Source: Yuukianura sp. NJ FZ-2021 (Eukaryota). Taken from it: DNA of 64,000 bases. Made by a program: the position numbers and the translations under genes. Below, piece by piece: positions 1 through 9,800 of the stretch (positions are counted from its first letter, which is position 1; every line of letters begins with the position of its first letter). The DNA is taken from assembly GCA_046563655.1 (NCBI GenBank), contig CM102283.1, positions 3,968,001 to 4,032,000 of the forward strand. The letters run 5' to 3'. The notes under the pieces were generated by a model. The model did not search any database and had not been told where the DNA came from. It saw only the letters and a list, made by a program, of their open reading frames with translations.

Positions 1-70
1 AAACAATCTTAATATCCCACCCAACTGAAACTCATTTCTTATTAAAAGGAGGAAATAATTAAGAATTCAC

Positions 71-1194
71 CTTGCAGTCAGTCCAATAAAATCCACTTTC
101 TCCATCCACCTCCTCAGACACACACAAATGAATGCTCGGCTGAGCTCCCTCGGCCGGAGTCTACACAAACACAAATTAAGGAACAACCTTCATTAAAAGA
201 TAAAATGGGGGAATAAAGTTACCTTGAAGAAGAATTGAGAGATCATGATCATGTACTTGAAGGCTTTGCGAGCATGTCTGAAGATGGCTGTTCTAACTCC
301 ACCAGGATTCACAGCATTGGCAGTGATTCCTTCCAGCCCGGCTTCTCGGAGTCTGCGTGCCAACTCCTTCATGAACAGAATGTTGCACAGTTTGGCTTTT
401 GCGTAGATCAGCTTCGGATCCCACTTCTTCTCAGAGTTCAAATTGTCCAAGTCAAGCGTCTTTGTCCAAGTGTGAGCCACCGAAGACACAGAAATGACAC
501 GGGCTTTCCCAGTCTTTTTCATCAAACCTAAACGAAACAATACGAGATTATTGCTATTCTGTGAACAAGTCAAAAGATAGAGTACCAAGTAGGATGTTGG
601 TGAGCAGAAATGGTCCAAAGTGGTTCGTTGCAAATTGAACTTCCAGCCCCTCGTCGCTGATTGTCTTTCGGATCCCCGCGATTCCAGCATTGTTGACCAA
701 AATATCCAGTCGAGTTTCCTCTTTGAGAATTTCATCACAGAATTTGCGAACGGAGGCAAGGGAACTGACATCCAGAGCCTTCGGAATGACCTTGTTGCTC
801 CCAGTCTGCAGTCGAATTGCATCTGTTTCATCAAACAAAGAATTAAAAGTTGTTAATAGATGAAATAAGGATAAGTTTTACCAGCAGCCTCTTCAGCTTT
901 GGTCATGTCACGACAAGCCAGGATTACTTTGGCCCCACGTCGAACCAGTTCCTTGGCCGTCTCGAATCCGATACCTACCAAGATGAGAAATATTTAGTGA
1001 ATGCAAGTATGAAACTAATTTATAAGCTGAGTTGTACCGGAGTTGGCTCCGGTGATGATTGCCACTTGTCCATCCACTCTCCTCTTGCTCTTGCAAACTC
1101 CAGCCACCATTTTGAAATAGGCCTTCACTCCCAGGATCACAGCGACAATGCCCAGTGCTATGTACACCAAACAACAACAGCCACACGACCACAT
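71..1194 (-). CDS. Retinol dehydrogenase 11/12/13/14-like short-chain dehydrogenase (paralog A); last exon lies beyond the window start
   Basis: Exons 1194-1038, 974-882, 822-586, 527-223, 160-71, all GT-AG. Hydrophobic N-terminus, TGANSGIG, LVNNAG, FATNHFGPFLLTN, catalytic YAKAK, VNPGGVRT. Confidence 0.92.
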
Positions 1195-1583
1195 CTTCAA
1201 TGGACGGAAGTATTTAGTCCGCAACTCTGAAACAAAATGGATTGTTAGTCAAGTGACAAGTACTTCCATCAACTAATTTACCTTTGGACACTTACCAAAT
1301 GAAGTTCGTGTACAATCAGTCAATTGGGAATGAATGACACGCAGTGGCACTGTGTTCCCCCGGCCGATGACACTTCAAAACTAAGTAGATCCAAAGTCCA
1401 AAGTCAGATGAGATGATCACGCTGGGAGTCAGAAGCCTCAGGGAGGCAATTTTCACACGCTTGTTATCCCAAGTTGCGAAATTGTTGCGAATTTTTCACA
1501 CATTTGACATTTGAGAATTCAGATTCTGCAAAAAGAAAAAAAAAGTTAAAGTTGATTTGTTAAATTTTACATTTTCAAAATAA

Positions 1584-1710
1584 TTCCCGCCATTGTGTCT
1601 CACGTTCCTGTTCGCCAAGTCCTAATCCTCAGATAACTTTGTCACCAATTTCATCGCAACTCAGAAAATTAGACTCCAATTCAACTTCTACTTGAGACAA
1701 AGTGCGGCAA
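1584..1710. promoter_or_regulatory. Bidirectional promoter (RDH-A / mRpL23) with two inverted copies of a TTSCCGC-n4/5-TGTCTCAMGT composite motif
   Basis: TTCCCGCcattgTGTCTCAcGTTC at 1584-1607 and ACTTGAGACAaagtGCGGCAA at 1690-1710 (reverse orientation), between divergently transcribed genes. Confidence 0.55.
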
Positions 1711-1893
1711 CTCATTTTGAAAAAAAGTAAACAAAATTTAGTTCAGTAAGTTTTGTTAAAAATTTAATTTAAAATTAAATTCTGCTTACCATGAATCGAT
1801 TAGTTTTCTGTCCACTTCCGATTCCAATCGTCACACTCTGATTGAGAATCCAGCACTTCAAAAGATTCCGTTTTTCCAGTCACGACGTTCATC

Positions 1894-2506
1894 ATGTCTA
1901 CACGGTGGTAAGTGACACAATTTTGAGCTGCAAAGTTGTGATTGTTAATTGATTTGTTGATGTTGCAGGTATCCGCTGTTCCAGCTCGGAAATCCACAAC
2001 GACGTGTGTTCCTGCCTAACTTCTGGATGAAGTTGATTCGCGGTGCTGAGCAGGATATTCCTGGACGAGAACTTCCGAACTCCGTCAAGTTCATCGTATC
2101 CATGGACATGACGAGACACGATGTCAAGAACTACCTCAAACATATCTACAACGTAGATGCTTTGGGAGTCAACATTGAAGTGAGACGAGGTCCAACCAAG
2201 GAAATTGCCACGGCCACAGGGAAGATGGTCGTCAAGGAAGATGACTTCAAGGTGGCATACATCAGACTGGTAACCAACTTCAACCTTAACTTCCCTCTGT
2301 TGAAACGTTTTGTTGAAATGTTGAAACGTTTTGGTTGGACACAGGCGGAGAATGAGTCTTTTGTGTTTCCTGACATCTACCCAGTGGACAAGGCAGAATC
2401 TAAGGACAAGGAAGACAAGAAACACATCGACCAAGTGCGCCAACTCCAAGAGAAGATGAAGGCGAAGGCTGAGACTAAACCGGATTTACCTGGGTGGTTT
2501 ACTTGA
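1894..2506 (+). CDS. mRpL23: Mitochondrial large ribosomal subunit protein uL23m
   Basis: Exons 1894-1907, 1969-2269, 2345-2506 give MSTRWYPLFQLGNPQRRVFLPNFWMKL...VSMDMTRHDVKNYLKHIYNV...KEDDFKVAYIRL, the mRpL23 signature. AATAAA at 2548. Confidence 0.95.
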
Positions 2507-2582
2507 ACACTTCCTCACTTTTTAGCTTAATTGTAGAATTGTTAAACAATAAATCCAAAGTTAGACTGAGGCATACGTTAGA

Positions 2583-4199
2583 CTAACGACTGGAGTAGAT
2601 GAGTAGTTGCTTCCCTGCCAGTGCCATGAGTGCAGACTCTCCATGGATCCAGGCAATGTCCTGCACACTCTACAGCATCGGATAAACAATTAGTAATTGA
2701 CATTCAGTTCAATTAAAAGTTAAATTAAAAGTTAATGTTACCTCCCGCTTGGAAATCCAGATGGAGTTTTTGAAAGAAGTTTGGAATGTGCGTATTTCAG
2801 GACGTGGTCCCATGGTGGCTGTTGCAATTTCCTCTCTGTCTCGGCTGCTGAATTTAACAGAATGTGTTGGACCGCTGTGAGTTTCGATTCGTTTCCCACC
2901 AGCCCTAAAAATCCAATCAATTAATAATTGTTAATTAGTTCAAGTAGTTTGTGAATGTTACTCTGAGTTAAGGAGAGAGAGGTCGAAGAGATAGGCACAT
3001 TTGTTGACTCCGATGGCCACCAGTTGAGAATTGAGTGGTGCCCAGTCGGCTGAGAAGATGGGTTCCATGAGAGTGTTGATGGTGAAAATGGTAGTACGTT
3101 TGAGTGTGTTGCACATTCGAATGACACCGCACTGCTCAACCACCACCAGTTTGTAGGGCTCTGACCTGTGCCACAAACACTCAACTCCTGAAAATCAGAA
3201 AACAAACTAAGTCCACAATAAAAGTAGTGTATTTGTTGTATTTGTTCGTAACCTGGTGATTTGAGTCTAAATCGACACAGCTCCTTTCCATTGACATCCC
3301 ACACAATACATATTGGATCCTCATAAAGTGCTGCCAGCATGTCACCAGCCTCAGCATCAAACGACAAATGACGAACAGCCCCTGCCTCCCCTTCCAGCAT
3401 TCGAACCTACCAAGGACATAAAAATTGAAGATGTTTTTCCAAAAAGTAAATGTTGAACATTGTTATTGGTGACTTACATCTGCTGACTCCAAACTCTTGT
3501 TCTGAACAAGGCGTTCCCCTGCTGTTCTAACTTCTGTGACCATGTAGACCTTGGAGTCCTCGTTGAGTCCCAATGCATAACCTATCTTCTTCTCTCCGAG
3601 ATCTCCGAAGTGAGACGCAGGATTGAGTGAGAAGGCCACAATGGTTCGACCCATCTTGTGGTCGGAATTGGACACAACCATCTCCTGAATCTTGGTCACA
3701 CTCCACAGCTTCCCCTTTGGTGTCTGGAACAAAAGAAAGAAGAGTTGCATAAATGTCAAGAATGTTAAGGTAAGTGTGACTTGTGCTTACTGTTTTTGTG
3801 ATTTTGAAGAGACTGAGGCGTGTCTCAAACTGGATCCCAATGATATTGTTCCCCAGGTCGTGTTTGATGGTGGCCAGTGACACGGGGAGGTAGTTGAGTG
3901 GAAATGCTTGTGTTGGTTTGTAGTCGTTGAGATCCTGGGTGACGTTGAAGTGGTCCTTGGTTCCAGTGTGGTAATGGCTTCTTTCTGTCAGTGTCTCGTC
4001 ACCATTCAAAGTAGTATGATGTCTGAAGAAGGAGCTGTTTGTAGGGAGCGTGCGGTGTAGAGGTAGCCAGTCACCCTCTGAATCCAATCCAGTCACTTCT
4101 GTCATCTGCAAAACACAACAAATGTAATGCTAATTTAATTAACATCGAAGGGATTTTATGTTCTTTTACCTGCTCGGAGTCTTCCACCAAGACTTCCAT
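2583..4199 (-). CDS. Nup37: WD40 nucleoporin Nup37-like
   Basis: Multi-exon; first exon MEVLVEDSEQ at 4199-4170, TAG at 2585-2583. Segments LEGEAGAVRHLSFD...CIVWD...FRLKSPG, WHRSEPYKLVVVEQCGVIR and PIFSADWAPLNSQLV match my recollection of Nup37 (LEGHTDFINGLVFD...FVLHSPG, WHPEETFKLMVAEKNGTIR, PLMSAHW). The N-terminal half is divergent. Confidence 0.78.
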
Positions 4200-4422
4200 T
4201 CTTCCTTCTTTCCTTACTTCCAGAGTTGGAGATCTTGTCACTGGTACACTTTCTACTTCGAAGTGAAATTATGATCCACTATTCAAAAACACGTCACCTT
4301 ACTTTCAATAGCTTATAAACTGTAAATTAAGTTGTAATTAAGAATGTAAATTCATAACCTAGTAAATTGATGATGTTAGTCGAAACCGGAACAATTTGTT
4401 TTGATGTTATGTTTTGAATTTT

Positions 4423-4445
4423 TTCCCGCACTTTGTCTCAAGTTC
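4423..4445. promoter_or_regulatory. Composite E2F-like + TGTCTCAAGTTC motif in the Nup37 / APC16-RCCD1 bidirectional promoter
   Basis: TTCCCGCactttGTCTCAAGTTC; 18 bp (ccgcactttgtctcaagt) are identical to the reverse complement of 1690-1707. Confidence 0.55.
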
Positions 4446-4823
4446 AATTCGCATAAGTTTCTAATCGTAAGATAACCATGTCAGCGGTTTCCTGTTTTTC
4501 CGAAAATTCGCCTTCAATATGATTTGAACTTGATACAAAAGCCCGGGAACCCTTCCCTAAATTTCAAAAATAAACTCAAAACAAATTGTTCTTTTCTATT
4601 TTCTTCTCATTCAAATTCAGTTGTTTGTCTTTGAGTTACTAATTAATTGATTGTTGATTAATTCCACTGGTTGGGAATTGGGAGGTAGAATACTAATCAA
4701 TGCAAGTCATCATCGCAGTCACACTTCGTAAGCATTACAACCGTAAGTTGGAAAAAGCATTTAGAAAACGAATAAGAGCTTGAAACATAAAGTATTGTTT
4801 GATGTTTCAGTTTGTGAAATATC

Positions 4824-5153
4824 ATGAACTCGGCTGATACTGATGGAACTGCTGCTGCCGTAAGTGGACAGCTGTCAAACGACACGCTAACGACTCCTGT
4901 TCCAGCCCCAGCACCCATTCCAGCCTCCACACCAATTCTACCCACACCCAAACCACCAACCACACCAGTCATCTCCAAAGCAGACGAACGACAGCAAGGA
5001 CGATTGTGTCTAGGCAGTTTTGTAGCTGACCAAAGTGACAAAAACTCAACTGCAGAACACAAAAAGAGAATTGCTCTTCTCAGAAAAGAGGCCAAGAAGT
5101 TGGAACGCACTAACTGGCAGTACGACTCCATCGACAAGCTCCTAGGACGCTAA
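4824..5153 (+). CDS. APC16: Anaphase-promoting complex subunit 16-like small protein (109 aa)
   Basis: C-terminus RLCLGSFVADQ...HKKRIALLRKEAKKLERTNWQYDSIDKLLG resembles human ANAPC16 RFLCESVFSYQ...[33 protein letters not shown] (recalled alignment). Low-complexity N-terminus and similar length. Probable 5'UTR intron 4743-4810. Confidence 0.7.
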   Translation: MNSADTDGTAAAVSGQLSNDTLTTPVPAPAPIPASTPILPTPKPPTTPVISKADERQQGRLCLGSFVADQSDKNSTAEHKKRIALLRKEAKKLERTNWQYDSIDKLLGR

Positions 5154-5168
5154 ACAACGATTCCCACC

Positions 5169-6349
5169 ATGTCTGCTCTGTACTTCTGTGGAGTAGACCA
5201 ACTCACAGGACTAACTTCTCAAAAAGTGTGCAAAGTGCCGGAGAAAGTGGAGGATGACATTGGACATTTGGAATCATCTCTGGATCTGGTTGCCTACACT
5301 AAATCATGTGCCAAGTACACTTGGTTCCTCAAGGGATACCGAATTAACACGCCAGTTCAACTGTTTGACGAAACCTTGGAAATTGACCAAGTCCAAATTC
5401 TCAAAGCCACTCTCTATGCTCTCTCCTCTCTTCAAAACAAACTGTACAAAGTGACTCTGAACTTCAGTGTGGTGCCAGTTCACAAGAAACTGACTGAAAT
5501 TACACAAAACATCCATTCCTCTCCTAGTCTCCTTCAAATTGCAACAGACGACAATTCCCTCTTCGTCCTGGACGATGCAAGTGGAGTTTACAAATGGCCA
5601 TCGCTTCTCTTCCGCTTCGAAGGTGCCAAATTCATCAAAATGGCTATCGGTTTCGACCATGCACTGCTACTAAGTGACACTGGAGCAGTCTATGCTTTCG
5701 GTAAGTTCACTTTAGTACTAACTAATGAATTGAGTGAATAACAAAGTCCTTACCTTGATTTTGCAGGAAACGGAAGTCGAGGTCAACTTGGATTATCGGA
5801 CATCATCATGCGCGTTGACCTTCCTTTGAGACTTGAGTTTTTCGATGATCTCCCTTGCACAATTAGTGACATTGCTTGTGGTGGTTGGCACTCTCTCGTC
5901 CTCACTTCAGAAGGAGATGTTTATTCCTTTGGATGGAACCAAGTGGGTCAGTTGGGCCACTCTTCTGATCGACTGTCCAAAGTCATCAAGGATCCATATC
6001 CAGTAGACTTGGGCTCAGCTCAGAATCCAGTCACTGCAATTGCCGCTGGAGCAAGACATTCACTGGCGTTGTTGCTCAATGGAGATGTTTACGCATGGGG
6101 TAAGTTAGGAAATCTAAAAACAAAATGCAACAACTTACATGTTAAACGTCAAAGTTTTAGAATGTGTTTTACGCGGTCCGTTTTGATTTTGTTTCTTTTG
6201 TTGTAGGCTGGAACAAGTACTCTCAACTGGGAACTGGAGACAATGAGGATCGTCCCAGTCCTACGCGAATCGAGCCCATCGCCAACAAAGCTTTGAGGAT
6301 TCACGCGGGGAGGTGGAGCAGCTTCATCTACTGCCAACTGCCAGCTTAA
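5169..6349 (+). CDS. RCCD1: RCC1 domain-containing protein 1-like
   Basis: Exons 5169-5700, 5767-6099, 6207-6349. RCC1 repeats GFDHALLLSDTGAVYAFGNGSRGQLG, IACGGWHSLVLTSEGDVYSFGWNQVGQLG, AAGARHSLALLLNGDVYAWGWNKYSQLG and terminal AGRWSSFIY; strong Kozak ccaccATG. Confidence 0.85.
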
Positions 6350-6895
6350 ACTTTATTCACTTTTCCAATACTTGAATTATTAATTTAACTAACTTATTGA
6401 ATTTACTCTTAGGATCCAGCACCACTTCAGCTAATAAACTTAGAAGAAAGTCATCAAAGCACAGTCACTCATTCCAACTGCATCACTTAAAAGCCACCAA
6501 CACTTTTAGAAGGGGATCACAGCTTACGTTACACGAGCCAAGTCACAACGACTCACTTTTCTACTTTCTAACTAACATTTAAATATTGGTGTAATTTATG
6601 CAATTAGTGAAATCAGATCCAGTGCAATTTGTGCTTCTAAGCACACTTAACAAATTACACTTCACACCTTACTTTCTCCATGGACGGATGTTGGACGGGC
6701 AGGATTTGGCTGTTTCCAACCAAAATCCCAATTGTAAAGCTAATGTTATTGCTAAAAGTTTCTTAAATTACATCTTAACCTAACCACTTCAAGGTTATTG
6801 AATTCAGCAACGACAATCCATAACCTTTGACCTCCCACTTACTTTCTACCTTCTAAAACTTAGCACACTTAGGCTTCAAAGTTAGGTTGACCCTG

Positions 6896-9800
6896 TTACA
6901 TGTCTTCGTCACTTCCAGCAGACTCCTGGACTTCTTGGTAGTCCAGCTCCAGAGCAGCGATGTCCTCTCTCGCCTCAGAAAACTCACCTAAAACACAAAC
7001 AGTTAAAATCCAAACACAAGTTAATTAGTTAATTAATTGACTTGCCTTCTTCCATGCCCTCCCCCACGTACCAGTGCACAAAAGCTCTCTTTGCATACAT
7101 GAGATCAAACTTGTGGTCCAGTCGAGCCCAGGCCTCCATGATGGCTGTCGTGTTGGAGAGGCAGCACACTGCTCTTTGCACTTTGGCCAAATCACCACCT
7201 ACAATCCAAACTAAAAAGTAAGAGAGTGAAATGTGAGAGGTCAAAGGTCAAAGTGTGACCTGGGACGACAGTGGGTGGTTGGTAGTTGATGCCCACTTTG
7301 AATCCTGTGGGACACCAGTCCACAAACTGGACAGTTCTCTTCTGCTTGATGGCGGCTATGGCAGCATTCACGTCTTTCGGAACAACATCTCCACGATACA
7401 ACAGACACACCGCCATGTACTTTCCCTTACGCGGATCACACAGCACCATTTGCATCCTCAAATACAAACAACATTATATTCTCCATTTCCAAGTTTAACA
7501 ACCATCCTTAATTAATGTTAGGAATTAGGTTAGGTTAGGATAGGATAGGATAAATTAGTATAGGATAGGATAAATTAGGGTGGGATAGGTTAGGGTAGGA
7601 TAGGATAGGATAAATTAGGATAGAATAGGAAATAGGATAGGATAGGATAGAATAGCATAAATTAGGATAAAATAGGATAAATTAGGATTGGTTAGGATAG
7701 GATAGTAACCATTTGCATTCTGAAAACACAAACTGTTAAACGTGTTCATTTTAATTTAGACTCTTACGATGGATCGAAACAAGCCTTTGTGATTTCGTCT
7801 ACGCTGATCTGCTCATGGTACGCTTTTTCTGCTGACACAACAGGAGCAAAGGTCGCCTACAAAGAACAAAAAAACAAAAGTATATTTTGGAAAAAAGTAA
7901 ATTAGGAAATGTTGTGGCAATGCTGTGAATATGTTGTGACAATGTTGTGACAATGTTGTGACAATGTTGGGACAATGTTGTGAATACGTTGTGAGAATGT
8001 TGGGACAATGTTGTGACAATGTTGTGAGAATGTTGTGACAATGTTGGGACAATGTTGTGAATATGTTGTGAGAATGTTGTGACAATGTTGGGACAATGTT
8101 GTGACAATGTTGTGACAATGTTGTGACAATGTTGTGACAATGTTGGGACAATGTTGGGACAATGTTGTGAATATGTTGTGACAATGTTGGGACAATGTTG
8201 TGGCAATGTTGTGAATATGTTGTGAGAATGTTGTGACAATGTTGGGACAATGTTGTGAATACGTTGTGAGAATGTTGGGACAATGTTGTGAATGTTGTGA
8301 GAATGTTGTGACAATGTTGGGACAATGTTGTGAATATGTTGTGAGAATGTTGTGACAATGTTGGGACAATGTTGTGAGAATGTTGGGACAATGTTGTGAA
8401 TATGTTGTGACAATGTTGGGACAATGTTGTGGCAATGTTGTGAATATGTTGTGAGAATGTTGTGACAATGTTGTGACAATGTTGTGAATACGTTGTGAGA
8501 ATGTTGGGACAATGTTGTGACAATGTTGGGACAATGTTGGGACAATGTTGTGAATATGTTGTGAGAATGTTGTGACAATGTTGGGACAATGTTGTGACAA
8601 TGTTGGGACAATGTTGGGACAATGTTGTGACAATGTTGTGAATATGTTGTGACAATGTTGGGACAAAGTAGTAAATTATTAATTGGAAAATGTTACGAGA
8701 GGAAAGTGAATTCGTGGATAAGGAACCAAGTTGGTTTGGAATTCGTTCAAGTCCACATTGAGTGCTCCGTCGAAGCGCAGTGACGCTGTGATTGAAGAAA
8801 CCACTTGACCAATGAGGCGATTCAGATTCGTGTACGTCGGGCGCTCAATGTTCAAGTTTCGGTAGCATCTCAAAACAAAGTTCAAATTTTAAAAAGTCTC
8901 TCAGATTTTAAAATTTGTAAAAAGTTACAGCTCGTAGATGGCTTCATTGTCGACCATGAATGCGCAGTCGCAGTGTTCCAGAGTGGTGTGGGTGTAGAGG
9001 ATGGAGTTGTAGGGCTCAACAACAGAAGTGGACACCTCAAAGAAAGTTAAAAATAGTTAATTATGAATTAATTATTATAATTATATTAATTGAGTAGTTA
9101 CCCTTGGTGCTGGGTAGATGGAGAAGCAGAGTTTGGATTTCTTTCCATAGTCGACTGAGAGGCGTTCTTGAAGTAGAGATCCAAATCCGGATCCAGTTCC
9201 TCCTCCGAAAGAGTGAAAGATGAGGAATCCCTGGAGACCATGACACTGTTCTGCCATGCGTCTGATTCTGTCCAGAGTGAGGTCGATCACTTCCTTGCCA
9301 ATGGTGTAGTGCCCTCGGGCGTAGTTGTTGGCAGCATCCTCTTTCCACGTCACCAATTGCTCAGGGTGAAACAGTTGACGGTAAGTACCAGTCCGAATTT
9401 CATCTGAAAACAAACATTTCTCAAATTCATTCACCTTTTGGCATTTCCTCACTAATTCTAAGAAAAAAACAATTGTTTTCCAAAAATATTTTAGCCTTCC
9501 ACTTTTCTCCCAGTCTGTTTTGCATGTGTTGTAGCCACTTGGAAAAAGTTTTAGTTTTGCAGGAGAAAACTCTATCGATTGAAATTCGGGGAAAAGTCAA
9601 GTGGACTTGGACCACAAATTATTGATGTGAGTGACGCCTGTCCACTTTTCTACAAGACTTTGTCTCAAATCGAATCCAAAGTCTCATGAGGACAAGAGTG
9701 GAATTATTTTTAAAATAAGAATGGATTTAGTTAATTGATCATTGATGGTTGATGTTACCGACTACCGTTGGTTCCAAGTCGACAAAGATGGCCCTGGGTA

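Noticed and set aside
2270-2344. Stop-free 3n introns (also 14381-14440 and 12158-12096) as regulated intron retention
   Set aside because: Expected by chance among many short introns, and the inserts would disrupt conserved domains.
7799-8666. Three overlapping 254-280 aa ORFs of [11 protein letters not shown] repeats
   Set aside because: Translations of an 11-bp satellite that lacks stops on that strand; all three frames give the same peptide and it lies within a tubulin intron.
7908-8666. Possible CRISPR-like array (also considered for 56040-56243 and 60047-64000)
   Set aside because: Head-to-tail repeats without unique spacers, no cas genes, and the context is eukaryotic.
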